The notes beneath the pieces were generated by a model, which saw nothing but the letters and a program-made list of their open reading frames with translations, did no database searches and was not told where the DNA came from. The position numbers were made by a program, and so were the translations under genes. Positions 13,241 to 26,303 of a DNA stretch of 64,000 nucleotides are shown piece after piece. The DNA is from Mobula hypostoma (Eukaryota), in assembly GCF_963921235.1 (NCBI RefSeq), contig NC_086097.1, positions 25,546,001-25,610,000 of the forward strand, in the 5' to 3' direction. Each line of letters opens with the position of its first letter. The first letter of the stretch is position 1.

Positions 13241-13604
13241 AAAGCGAGCATAAAATGCATTCAGATCATTGGGGAGAGAAGCAACACAGCTATTTATGAT
13301 GTTAGTTTTTGCCTTGTAGGAGGTGATTGCCTGTAAACCCTGCCATGGCTGCCATGCATTCGATTTCAACTCGAACTTCACATGAAATTGCTTTTCCAAT
13401 ACAGCCCTCATTCTGCAATTGTCACTTGTGTTCTATCAACATTGTCTATCTTATGGTCGTGAACAATTTGCAGATATGATATTAGCATCTAAGAAGTTTT
13501 TAGATGGAGTCATAGAGTTATAGACATCTAAAAATGCAAGTGATGAATGGATAATGAGCAGGCAGATGAGATTTAGTTTAATTTGGCACAGACCTTATGG
13601 GCCA

Positions 13605-14077
13605 GTGTTAATGTATGAGGAGTATTATTTTGGTTCTGGGCCTGTACTCGCTGGACTTTAGAAGAAAGAGAGGGGATCTCATTGAAACCTATCAAATATT
13701 AAAAGGCCTAGATATAGTGGACATGGAGAGCATGTTTCCTATAGTGGGGAAGTCCAGGACCAGCACACACAGCCTCAGAATACAAGGTCATCCATTTAGA
13801 ACAGAGATAAGGAGGAATTTCTCCAGCCAGAGGGTGGTGAATCTGTAGAAACCAAGTCACTGGGTGCATTTAAGGTGGAGTCTAATAGGTTCTTGACTAG
13901 GAAGGGTGTCAAAGGTTACAGGGAGAAGACTGGAGAATCGGTTTGAAAGGAGTAATAAATCAGCCATGAAGGAAAAGCTGAGCAGACTAAATGGAGCTGA
14001 AAGGCTTAATTCTGCTTGTATGTCTTATGACCAAAGGGCCTGTTCCTGAACTGAACTGTTCTATGTTCTATGTTCTA
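13605..14077 (+). mobile_element. CR1 3' fragment(s)
   Basis: LGLYSLDFRRKRGDLIETYQILKG...RNFSSQRVVNL, followed by a (ttctatg)n tail. Confidence 0.85.
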
Positions 14078-15288
14078 AATTACCAGAGTGAACAAATACA
14101 TTGTGATTGATACTTATAAACAAAAAAAAATATACTGCGGTCGCTCACCCATAATGAGAAATCACTTTGTTAAATTCATTCTTCCTGAGTGGATAGAATA
14201 AAGATCAACTTTTCACCAAGCTTCTCATGTTTAACACATTCACCCACTGTCAGATAATGAGAGATGGACAAAATTGCACTGTTCCCATGGTGCAGACTAT
14301 TAGGATCCTTCAATTTAAAACACTTCTTCCCCATTAGAGTACTAATTATTAAACAAAACTATCAATAGTGCACACTTCTTCCACAATCCTATTAGAATCA
14401 TGTAAAAATAAATTCCTTTCTTATTCCAATATTCTATTAACCATAAACTTATAGTTAATATACAGTACATTCCAAGTTTAATTTAAAATGCACTTTAAGA
14501 ATCAGTTTTTAATATCAATATACTCTCTTCACTGCTGACTGCATAATGATTCTTGGAAACTAGACGAATGTGGGGGTTCAGAGAAAGGAAGAAAAGCTAT
14601 TTAGGAAGAATTACTGAGCCAAAGGAAACTGAATTATCAACAGATACGGTCATTAAGCAAGGTCATTCCAGCAACTAAGTTACTTTTAATAGTGTATGTA
14701 AATTCAGTTCAGTTACACAATCTGACTTGGTAACTCATTTAAGCCAAGTCCCCTAATGAGCTCATGAGAAATGGGGAAAAACAAACACAATGAAGAAATG
14801 TGTTAAAGCTAGGTAACTGCTTTAAAATATTGTCACTAAATACATTTAAGATATTGGTGCTAATATATTATTAAAAATATAACAGTTAATATATTTGTTA
14901 TGATTAGGTGGTGCTTATATTGCATCATAGAGTTGGGAACCAATGAGACCAGCAGGAATTTACCCCACAGATAACATAAAAGTTCACAGTTCAATATAAA
15001 TTTATTATCAAAGTGTACTAGCTTGATACTCATTTTCTTGTGGGCAATCACAGAAGAACAAAAGAATACAATACAATCAATGAAAAACTACACACAAACA
15101 GAGAAGGACAAACAACCAATGCTCATAAGAAAACAAACTGCAAATTACGAAAAAAAAAGACTTAAAATCAGGCTTAATATCCCCGGCACATGTCGTGAAA
15201 TGTGTTGACTGTGCGGTAGCAGTACAAAGCAATACATAACAGAGAAAAAACTGTGAATTACAGTAAGTAATTCCTTAAAGTATTTATA

Positions 15289-16480
15289 GCCAGGGGTGGT
15301 AATGGGGACAAGCTCCCACTACCTATTAAATGCACCTCAAATAGCCTCTGACAACCAAGTCCAACTTGTGGCCTTCACATGTGGCTTAGCTACCAAGCCC
15401 GGTGGAACTGTTTCTACTGACAAGACAAGGGGCAAAGGCAGGTTACTGGTGCCTTAAAACCAGTCATTTCCGGCAGTTGGGCTCATCAGCCGTGGTTGGC
15501 AGCTCATCTGGGAGAAGGAAAACTCTGATCTCAACCTCCTCTACCTTGCAGCTATGCCCACTTATGGGGAAGGCTTTGGGAGTAAACCCAAGGGAAAAGT
15601 CCAAGTCTTGAGTCCTTAAGGCAGTCCTACATTGAGGTCAATGCTGACTGGCAACTCCTGTGATACTGTCGGTACCAAAGTGTATCAGTCTCTGCCATCC
15701 CTTTGGATTCATCAGATGTGTGAAAAGGGGGAGTTTGCTACATGGGCAATAGCTTGCTCTCCATATCGTACTGCCCTGGCTTGAGAGTCTAGATAGCTAG
15801 TGTAGGGCTCTCAGTAACACTAGATGGACTGTTAACTGTTAATCGCTTATTATCAAAATGGCTTCTCTGAAGTGTTATATTAAAATGGCTTCTTGTACTG
15901 TTAATTGCTGAGCAAGGGGTTCTCTGTTACAGAAATGTTTGGGTTATACAATGTGATAATGGAAATTGTATTCATCTGTTAGTCAATGGAAGTCATGTTC
16001 TATTATCTTGTATATGTGTGCTGAGTTGAGGAGAACGGGCTTTTTTGGGAGGTGAGCAGAGAAGATGGACATGTGGGGAACGGTCAGCGGTTCCAGAGCG
16101 GCAGATACCAGACCTCGGGGGTTCGGATGGTGGCCGGAATCCCAGAAGGACGTTGTGGATGGAATCGGAGGCGTGAGCTCCAACGTATTAAAATATTATG
16201 TGCACAAGACTGATAAGTTACTTATGTGGCGCCTTTTCTTTTAGTTGTTGCTACTAACCCATCACCAAAATTTGCTATAAAGTATAATTCTTTACTCGCA
16301 CTTTGTATATTGTTTCATATTTGTGTCGTGGCTGATCATTGGGCAACTCACACCGTATTGCACTGTTTGGTGGGGACAACGGCTATTCACCCTAGGCAAT
16401 GGGAGTCAGTGGAGGCAAAGTCCGTTACACTAGGACACAATATTCATGGTCAACTCTGACCAACAGAGGCCTCAGGCTGA
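15289..16480 (+). mobile_element. Non-coding interspersed element resembling an RTE-type LINE 5' region, split by a solo LTR
   Basis: GC-richer block starting gccaggggtggtaatggggacaagctccc. The sequence is continuous across the LTR (gctag|gacacaa). The family assignment is tentative. Confidence 0.45.
15801..16429. mobile_element. Solo LTR (629 bp)
   Basis: TGTA...TACA termini with an imperfect short inverted repeat. 4-bp TSD CTAG at 15797-15800 and 16430-16433. No coding sequence. Confidence 0.8.
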
Positions 16481-17829
16481 GACAGGATATATATATATTA
16501 GTTAAATTAGTAGTGCAAAAATAGAAATAAAAAAGTACTGAGGTAGTGTTCATGGGTTCAACATCCATTCACAAATCGGACAACAGAGGGTAAGAAGCTG
16601 TTCCTGAATCATTGAATGTGTGCCTACACACTTCCTCATCTCCATCCTGATGATAGAAATGAGAGCAAGGCATGACCTGGGTGATGGAGTTCCTTAATGA
16701 CAGATGATGCCTTTTTGAGGCATCTCTCCTTGAAAATGTCCTGGATACTGTGGAGGCTAGGGCTCAAGATGAAGCTGACTAAGTTTACAACTCTCTGCAG
16801 CTTACTTCAATTCTGTGCAGTACCCCCCACCCTACCAAACGGAGATGCAGCCAGTTAGAATGCCCTCCATGGTACATTTGTAGAAATTTGAATGTTTTTG
16901 GAGACATACCAAATCTTCTCAAACTCCAAATGAAATATAGCTGTTGTCGTGCCTCCACTCAGCCATCCTCATAGTCAAAACACTATCAATTTTGTTTTCT
17001 TCCAGGATTGCTGGAAATGTTATTCTGGTCGCCTGGATACCCCAAGATAATCATGGAGTTTGAACTCCTCTGCTCCATCGCTAATCAAAAATCACCATAT
17101 TTTCTTACGTAATTGGCAATTGGTTTCTTATTGTCACATATAGCAAGACACCGCGAAAAGCAATTTAAAGATTAAAAAGATTAAAGGTTAGTTTTATTTG
17201 TCACATGCATATCAAAACATCAAAATATACAGACAAACGCGTCAAATCAGATCAGTGAGGGTTGTGGGTCAGCCCGCAAGAGTCTCCATGCTCTAGCACC
17301 TACACAGCACCCACAACTTACCAACCCTAACCTGTATGTCTTTGGAACATTGGAAGAAACCAGGGCATAGGGAGAAAACCCACATGGTTACAGGGAGAAT
17401 GTACAAACTTTTTAGACAGCAGCAGAAATCAAACCTCAATCAGTGATTGCTGGCATTACGTTATCCACTACTCGACCACACCACCCTTGGGACTCAAAGG
17501 GCCAAGGAAGACTGTTTATACATTAACTATTGCCAACATAATTGGCAATATTGCTGTTTTCCTTTCCAGTCCTGATGAACAGCCTGGGCCCAAAAAGTCT
17601 ACTGCTTATTCCTCTCCATAGATGTTGCCTGACCTGCTGAGTTCCTCCAGCATTTTGTGTGTTACTCTGGTAACGTTGCTGCAATTTTCGACAAAGTCTA
17701 CCATTTTGCAAATGATTATGTTTTATTAGAAACAAGGTTAAACATTTCATATGCTTTATTAACTGGCTTGGAAGATGTTCTTAATATATGAGAGAAGTTT
17801 ACAAAGAAAAGTTGTCAGTGGGAACAGTC

Positions 17830-18840
17830 AATTCAAAGTAAATTTATTATCAAAGTACATATAGTCATAGTCATACTTTATTGATCCCGGGGGAAATTGG
17901 TTTTCGTTACAGTTGCACCATAAATAATAGATAGTAATAGAACCATAAATAGTTAAATAGTAATATGTAAATTATGCCAGTAAATTATGAAATAAGTCCA
18001 GGACCAGCCTATTGGCTCAGGGTGTCTGATCCTCCAAGGGAGGAGTTGTAAAGTTTGATGGCCACAGGCAGGAATGACTTCCTATGATGCTCTGTGCTGC
18101 AACTCGGTGGAATGTATATGTCACCATATACAACTGTGAGATTCATTTTCTTGCAGGCATTCTCAATAAATCCATAGAAAGATAACCATAATAGAATCAA
18201 TAAAAGACCGCAGCAACTTGGGTGTTCAACCAGTGTGCAAAATACAAAATGAAAGAAATAATAATAATAAACAAATAAGCAATAAATATTGAGAACATAT
18301 GATGAAGAATCTTTGAAAGTGAGTTAATTGTGGGAACATTTCAAAAGAGGGGCAAGTGAAGTTGAGTGAACAGCTTGATAGTTGAGAGGTAATAACTGCC
18401 CCAGGACCTGGTGGTGTGAGCCTTGAGCCTCCTGTACCTTCTTCCTAATGGCAGCATTGAGAAGAGTACAGGCCCTGGTTGGTGGGGGTCCCTAATGATG
18501 GATGCTGCTTTCCTGCGACAGCGTTTTGAGTAGATGTGCTCAATGGTGGGGAGGGCTTTATCCATGAAGGACTCGGCCATATCCACTATTTTTTGTTGAA
18601 TTTTCCGTTCAAGGGCATTGGTGTTTCCATACCAGGCTGTGATGCTCTCCACTACAAATCTATAGAAGTTTCTCAGTTTTAGACGTCACACCGAATCTTC
18701 ACAAACTCCTAATTAGAGGTGCTGCCACGCTTTCTTCGCAATTGCACTTATGCACTGGACCCAGGACAGGTCTTCCGAAATAAACATACCGAGGAAATTA
18801 AAATTGCTAACCCTTTCCACCTCTGATCCTCCAATGAGTA
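17830..18840 (-). mobile_element. Rex1/Babar 3' fragment with a younger LINE 3' end, (catagt)n tail, inserted at about 17860-18112
   Basis: ORF 18341-18652 contains ESITAWYGN...IIRDPHQPG..LPLGRRYR. The insert encodes TEHHRKSFLPVAIKLYNSS. Confidence 0.75.
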
Positions 18841-19869
18841 GGTCAAATTATCTACTTCAGAATTACTCAGCAGAAATTTAACCTTCCTTCTTTATCTTTT
18901 CAGCAACAGTATTGTAGGCCCTTAGTCATGCTTTGCTCCACAACTGAAAACATCGTCCCTGTACCCACTCTATCACAACTTTTCATCATCTTAAAGACTT
19001 CTTTAGGTCACCCTCAGCCCCTATGCACAAGGGAAAAGAGATCCAGTCAGTTCATCCCTTCCTAATGTGTGTACCGTCATATTTCTGGTATCATTCCAAG
19101 TTCTATTTTCAGCCTCTCAAAGTCAGCTTTTCTCCCCAGTAGGTGAAACTGCTTTTCATCATATTCATGCCATGTTTTATTGCCATCTTAAAGTGCACTA
19201 AATTATGATCATTAAAGCCAAAACATTCCCCTGCTATTATAACTTTTATCTGCTCTGGTTCACATTCCATCATTAGATCCAATAGCAAATCCCCTTATGT
19301 TCAACTTGTTGCATACTTGAATTTGGAAGGAATTTGGTACATATTGATGGAACACTATTTTATCTTCATCTTTCTTTTACCTGAATGTTCCTAATTTGTC
19401 TATATGTTTCTTCCTCTGACTCTCCAGAACAGCTGAAGGTCTCTTCAATCACATCCGTAAGTGAGATTGAATCTTTATCAGTCTGTGCAGTCTATTTTTG
19501 TCTTCCTGATAGCAATCCCTTCAGTCGTTATGCCATCCTTAATAAGTACTGCTAAATCACATCTCCTTTCTTGCTGCTTTCTTTATTAAATATGTTATAC
19601 CCTGCAATGTTTAATTCCCAATCTTAATTTTTCCTGCAGCCAAATCACAGTAATTCTTTCTACATCTGGTTCCTTCCAATGCATGGTTGCCTCCAGTTCC
19701 AGTGTTTTATATTAGGCACGAGGTGGATTGCTTTATAAACAGTTTATAACACATTTCAATATGCTCATTTGCTGTAAACCCCATCTCCACCCCCCCAACA
19801 ATTTTTATCGGAATCAGATTTATTATCACTGACATATGTGGTGAAATCTGTTATTTTGCGACAGAAGTA

Positions 19870-20527
19870 AATAGAATCAGAGTCATAAAGCTATAGAACA
19901 CTACAGCACAGGAACTGGTCCTTCGGCCTATCTAGTTCACGCTGAACTATTATTCTGCCTCGTCCCATCGACCGTAGCCCTCCATAACCCTCCCACCATG
20001 TACTCATCCAAATTTGACATAAATTTTGCAATCGAACCCCTATCCACCACTTCCACTGGGAGCTCATGCCACACTCATGTCACCCCCAGTGAAGAAGTTC
20101 CCCTTCAGCTTCCCCTTACATATTTCTCCTTTCATCCTTAACCCATGACCTCTAGTTCTAGTCTCACGCAACCTCAGTGGAAAAAGCCTACTTGTTTTAC
20201 CATATCTATAACCTTCATAATTTTGTATACCTTTGTCAAATCTCCCTTTATTCTCCTACACTCCATGGAATAAAGTCTTAATATATTTAACCTTTCCTTA
20301 TAACTTAGGTCCTCAAGTACCAGCAACATCTTTGTAAATTTTCTCTGCACACTTTCAAATTCATTAATATCTTTCCTGCATGTAAGAAACCAGAACTGCA
20401 CACAACACTCCAAATTTGGCCTCACCAACATCTTATACAACTTTAACATAACATCCCAACTCCTGTACTCAATACTTCGATTTATGAAGGCCAATGTGCC
20501 AAAAGCCCTTTACAACCCTATCTACCT
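19870..20527 (-). mobile_element. CR1 3' fragment
   Basis: ORF 20174-20494 AFINRSIEYRSWDVMLKLYK.LVRPNLE.CVQFW. Confidence 0.85.
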
Positions 20528-21520
20528 AAAGTACAATACATAAAAATACTGTAAGTTACAATAAGAATATATAAAATAATTCAAAAAGAGAACAAAATGG
20601 TGAAGTAGTGCTCATGGGTTCCTGGACCATTCAGAAATCTGATGGCAGAGGGGAGGAAGTTGGTCCTAGAACTCCAAGTGTAGGTCTCCAGTCGCCTTTA
20701 CCTCCTCCCTGATAGGAGTAATGATGACATGTCCCAAATGATGAGGGTCATTAATGACGGATGCCATCTTCCCGAGGCACCAACCTTTGAAGGTGTTCTT
20801 GGTGATGAGGACAGTTGTGCTTGTGATGGAGCTGGCTGAGTCCATAACCATCTGCAGCCTCTTTTGGTGGGTGTTCTCCCAACTCCCCCTTCCTGAAGCC
20901 AACAAACAATTATTTGGTCTTGTTGACATTGAGTGCAAGATTGTTGTTGCGACACCACTGGACCAGCCAATCTACTGTATCTCACTCCTGTACACCTCCT
21001 CAGATTCTGCCAAAAAGTTGTGTCATCAACGAATTTATAGATAGCATATGAGCTGTGCCTCTCCACATGGTTATGATTGTAGAGAGAGAAGGGCAGTGGG
21101 CTAAATATGCACCTTTGAGGTGCATCCTGTTGATTGTCAATGAGGAGACGTTATTTCCTATCCGTACTGACTGTGGTCTCCTGATAAGGTAGTCAAGGAT
21201 TCAGTTGCAGAGAGACGTATAGCGGCTTTGGTTTTGAAGACTGTGTTTTATTATTGAGGTTATAATGGTATTGAACTCTGTGATGTAATCAATAAACAAC
21301 AGACTGATACATGTATTGCTATTGCCTACATGCTCCAAAGCCAAGTGAAAAGCCAGTAAGATTGCTTCTGCTGTAGTCTTGTTGTGACAGTAGGCTGATT
21401 GCAGTGGGTCCAGGTTCTTGCTCAGGCAGGAATTAATTCTAGTCCTGACCAATCTCTCAAAGCACTTCATCAGAGTAGATGTGAGTGCAACATTTTAAAG
21501 CAGCTCATTTTGCTTCTCTT
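20528..21520 (-). mobile_element. Rex1/Babar RT fragment
   Basis: MKCFERLV...LDPLQSAY...LFIDY and YKFVDDTT motifs. Confidence 0.8.
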
Positions 21521-22350
21521 AAGTCATACCTCCTCCCCCAGCCACCCAATTTTCCCTCACCTGTTCTCACCTATTGTTGCCAGCATGTAGTCCTTCTCCT
21601 GCCACCGTCTTATTATGGCATCTGTTCCTTCCTTTCCAATCCTGATAAAGGGTCTCAGCCTAAAACATCAACTGTTTAATCCCCTCCATGGAAATATTTA
21701 CTTGCTGCTTAACTCCCCAGTCATCAAATTTTCTGTTCTTATTCTAACTTAAACACTTCCATCCATGGATATCTCATATTATCCAACCAGAGCCTAATTT
21801 TTACTCAGCCCTTTAGCCCTTACAACATCACTTTGACACCAGGCACAGATCACAGGCGAGAATGCAGCTACAATGCTTTTCACACCCATTGCTTCTGATA
21901 CCGATTAAGCCCAGTTTGGTTATGAACAAGGCAGTCAAATGAGCAACAAATACAGAACATGCTGGAGGGCACGCAGAAGATCAACCAGCCTCCAAGTGGA
22001 GAGGCAGACAGTCAAAACTCCAGTTCAGGAACCCTTCAAATGGTCGGAAATGTGAGAAGACAGCGATGTTGCAGAAAGGGAGGAGTAGAGAGAACAGAAA
22101 CACCAACAACTACTTTAGGAGGTAGCATTTAGAGGCAGGAAAGAAAATAAATTTGAACAGAAAGGTACAAGCACACCTGTGGAGAGAGAGAAAAAGTGTG
22201 GTTAACTGAAATTATTCAATTCAATATTGAGTCCTTTAGGTTGAAATATGCCTTCTCATCATTTCATCGAGTTTCTGAGCAGTTCATGAACCCATAAACA
22301 CTCTTTATATTATGCTAAAATAACTCATTATTCCTCTTTTGAATTACTTA

Positions 22351-22853
22351 CACTCAGTGTCCACGTTATTGGGTAGACTGGAAAACCTGCTCGTTAATGC
22401 AAATATCTAATCAGCCAATCAATCCATAAAAGCATGCAGACATGGTCAAGAGGTTCAGCTGTTGTTCAGACCAAACATCCGGATAGGGAAGAAATGTTAT
22501 CAAGTGACTTTGACCTTGCTGGTGCCAGAAGGGGTGATTTGAATATCTCAGAAACTGATCTCCTGGGACTTCCATGGACAACAATCTCTAGAGTTTACAG
22601 AAAATGGTATGAAAAAAACATCTAGTGAGCAGCACCTCTGTGGGAGAAAACACCTTGAGAGGTCAGAGGAAAATGGCCAGACTGGTTCAAGCTGACAGAA
22701 GGGAGATACTAACTCAAGTACGCATGTGTTACAACACTGGTGTAAAGAAGGGCATTTCTGTACACACAACACATTGAACCTTAAAGTGGATGAACTACAG
22801 CTGCAAAGACCACAAAACATATAGGAGGTACCTATTAAAGTAGACACAGAGAG
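22351..22853 (+). mobile_element. Non-autonomous Tc1/mariner element (same family as 5900-6445)
   Basis: Degenerate CACTCAGTG...TTATT.GGTA TIRs, TA flanks, and ISETDLLG..TTISRVYRKW transposase remnant. Confidence 0.75.
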
Positions 22854-23269
22854 TATGTTTTGATGTCTCGATATACCTGTGACAAATAAAGCTAATCTCT
22901 CTTTATTCTGGTTTGGAGATGCAGAGAACAGGACAGAGGTGCAGGAAACAGAGGAGATATGATTGATAACAATCAGAACTGTACTGGACAGGCCATCTCA
23001 AGGGAAATCATAAAAATCTGTCCATTGTCTATCCTTCCAAGAATTCATCCACAACACATGTCCAACTAAGTGGAAGTTTGTTCAAAACAGAGTGAAGCTG
23101 TAAATATCACATCATGTCCATCACCATACATGTGTATCTCCAACCCCAGAAAACAACTGTAATATTACTGGCTTCATTAATGAGGTAAAATATAATAAAA
23201 TTTAAAACTGCAATATCTTAACCAGAAACTCCAACTGACCAAGCATCCACCAGCTGCTAAAGTGAGCTT

Positions 23270-23812
23270 GCAGCTCAGGATGCAAACAAGGAACCCTTAG
23301 GAGGCAGTGATCATAATACGACAGAATTCACCCTGTAGTTTGAGAGGGAGAAGATAAAGTCAAATGTATCAGTATTACAGTGAACTAAAGAGAATTACAG
23401 AGGCAGGAGAAAGGAGCTGGCCAAAGTTGTGGCAACAAATTCCACAGATCCAGAACCCTCTGGCAAAAGAAATTCCCTCTCATCTCTGTTCTAAATGGAT
23501 GTCCTTCTATTCAGAGGCTATGCCCTCTGGTCCTCGACTCTCTTACTATTGGAAAATATCCTCTCCACATTCACTCTATCCAGGCCTTTCAATATCCAAA
23601 AGCTTTCAATGAGATACCCACTCATTCTTCTAAACTCTAGTGAGCACAGGCCCAGAGCTATCAAATGCTCCCCATACATTAACCCTTTCATTCTCAGGAA
23701 AATTCTCACAAACTTCCTCAAAATCCTCTCCAATGTCAGCACATCCTTTCTCAGATAAGGGGCCCAAAACTCCACACAATATACCAACTTGGTTCCAACC
23801 AATGCCTTGTAA
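23270..23812. mobile_element. CR1 fragments (plus 23270-23425, minus 23426-23812)
   Basis: YCVEFWAPYLRKDVLTLERI...LGLCSLEFRRM. Confidence 0.75.
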
Positions 23813-24498
23813 AGCCACTAAGAGACTGCGGATACTGGAACCTGGAGCAACAAACAATCTGCTAGAGAAACTTAGTAGGTCAGGCAAGGAATTGTTGAGT
23901 TTAATGGTCAAACCCTGCATCAAACAATTCCTTTCCCCCCACAGATGCTGCCCAAACTGCTCAGTTTCTCTAGCAGATTGTTTGCAGCTGCCACTTATAT
24001 TTTACAAGACAGAATGATTTATAGTTCTGTGGGGTGGGTGTTGTTAACTTCCCTTTGGCAATGTCAGTTCCAACCATTCACAGGGAATCTGTGTGGTTCT
24101 GATGCTGGATTCCAGCAGCAAATGTGAAACAAAAGTTCATGCTCTCCTTCTTAATGCACCTGAGAGTATCTGATTACCACAGGCCTTGCAGCCTGAAGGA
24201 CAAATGAGGGTGCATTATAGCAAATCAGAGAGTACAGATTAGGATACCAGCCTAGAGTAAAAGTGAGGCTGAATAAACAGGCTCAACTTTCTAAATATCC
24301 ATAAGTAAACCTCCCAGAACAAACTTTAAATACTAGCTCTTCACAACAACCTACCAGGAATAAGCACATTTTCTGGCATTATGCATGACAAAAGATATGC
24401 ATTAAAAGGAAAGTGTTACTTTGGTCAATTCGAATTGCAAAACATATTTCCAGAAATGCAGAGACTCCCCTCCCACTCCCCAATCCCGGTGGCGGTAC

Positions 24499-24659
24499 CT
24501 CAACCTGTGCAGACAGTTCCATTTTCTGTTTCTCTTTTCTCTCAAGCGATTGTTTCAGCTCTCCTACTTCAGACCGGATAGCATCTTCATTCAGCTGTGC
24601 CCTGAGCTCCAAAATCTGCTTTTCCAGCACCTGCTTCTCAAGCTCGGATCTTGCAGCCA
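24499..24659 (-). CDS. CEP128: Internal coding exon (161 bp, phase 1 to 0), CEP128-like: (V)AARSELEKQVLEKQILELRAQLNEDAIRSEVGELKQSLERKEKQKMELSAQVE
   Basis: Pyrimidine tract plus ttatag acceptor at 24661-24660 and donor GAG|gtaccg at 24499/24498. G from the upstream exon plus TG gives Val. The peptide resembles recalled CEP128 (EKQDLEKQMSDLRVQLN...SELEEVKRCMERKDKEKAHLASQVE). Confidence 0.85.
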
Positions 24660-25664
24660 CTATAACACAAGACATTGAACGTTTAGCAAGGTGGAAAAAT
24701 GAAGGAAGGGGAAAGAGCAAATCAGAATCTGTATCAAAAAACCTTCTCGATATTGGTGACCAATGATCTAGGATTTATTTCTGAAGCAAATCTCTAATTT
24801 ATTTTAAGATTGAAATCTATTATCTATCCTTCAAGCATTTAACCCTTAAAGCAAATGAGTTTGAAATTTGAAGGATCATAAGAGACTATAGATGTTGGAA
24901 TCCAGAGTAACAAGCAACCTGCACGAGGAACTCAGTGGGTTAAACATCTGTGTGGGGGGGGAGGATATGCCAACATATTGGGTCAAAACTTAGTATCAAT
25001 CTTGCCTTATTTCTTGGATGGTGCTGAAAATCTTGAGAATTGTTGGAGGTGCATTGACTTAGGCAAGCAGAAAGTGGTCCAGCACACTCCTGACGTGTGT
25101 CTCATGGATTCTAGACAAGCACTTCAATTACCAAGGTATAGAAGGGCTACAGGCCAAATGTAGATAAATTATACTGTTATAGTTAAACACAATGGTCAGC
25201 ACAGACACAAAGAACTGAAAGGGCCATTTCTGTGCTGTACAACTCTATGACAACGCACACAAAATTCTGAAGAACTCAGCAGGTTAGGCAGCACCCATGA
25301 TGAAGAATAAACAGTCAGTGTTTCAGGCCAAAACCCTTCATCAAGTCACTTCATCAACAGGTTGAGTTTCTCCAGCATTTTGTGCATGCTGTTCTGAATT
25401 TCCAGCATCTGCATAATCTCTTGTGTTTATAACATAGGACACATCATGGTTGGATCCTCCTAGTGAACCATCTCTGAGCCTCTTCCAGTGAAATAGTATT
25501 TAATTTGGAGGCAATCTTCTTTCATTCTTCTAAAATTCACTGAATACAGGTGTAATCCATTCAGTATCTACAGTCCTACAGACAACAATCCTATCATTAC
25601 AAGCAACACACATAAAAGTTGCTGGTGAACGCAGCAGGCCAGGCAGCATCTCTAGGAAGAGATG

Positions 25665-25702
25665 CAGTCGACGTTTCAGGCCGAGACCCTTCGTCAGGAC
25701 TA
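25665..25702 (-). ncRNA. Minimal type I hammerhead ribozyme motif of the Penelope-like element
   Basis: UAGUC-CUGACGA-A-GGGU(CUCG)GCCU-GAAAC-GUC-GACUG: complete core, stem I UAGUC/GACUG, 4-bp stem II and palindromic ACGU in place of stem III. Confidence 0.8.
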
Positions 25703-26303
25703 ACTGAAGGAAGAGTGAGTAAGGGATTTGAAAGTTGGAGGGGGAGGGGGAGATCCAAAATGATAGGAGAGGACAGGAGGGGGAGGGATAGAGCCAAGAG
25801 CCGGACAGGTGATAGGCAAAAGGGGATACGAGAGGATCATGGGACAGGAGGTCCGGGAAGAAAGACAAGGGGGGGGGACCCAGAGGATGGGCAAGGGGTA
25901 TATTCAGAGGGACAGAGGGAGAAAAAGGAGAGTGAGAGAAAGAATGTGTGTATAAAAATAAGTAACAGATGGGGTACGAGGGGGAGGTGAGGCATTAGCG
26001 GAAGTTAGAGAAGTCGATGTTCATGCCATCAGGTTGGAGGCTAACCAGACGGAATATAAGGTGTTGTTCCTCCAACCTGAGTGTGGCTTCATCTTTACAG
26101 TAGAGGAGGCCGTGGATAGACATGTCAGAATGGGAATGGGATGTGGAATTAAAATGTGTGGCCACTGGGAGATCCTGCTTTCTCTGGCGGACAGAGCGTA
26201 GGTGTTCAGCAAAGTGGTCTCCCAGTCTGCGTCGGGTCTCGCCAATATATAAAAGGCCACATCCTCCCTTACCACCATTCAGGGCCCCAAACAGTCCTTC
26301 CAG

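Larger units (their letters stand above)
14985..16955 (-). mobile_element. Rex1/Babar 3' fragments hosting nested insertions at 15289-16480
   Basis: Shares gaagctgttcctgaatc..gtgtgtgcc and the 3' UTR with the 55695-57362 copy. Confidence 0.65.

Noticed and set aside
24413..24766. Plus-strand Ser-rich ORF and the many other short ORFs in the track
   Set aside because: These are antisense shadows of the real exon or of TE coding sequence, with no splice or motif support.
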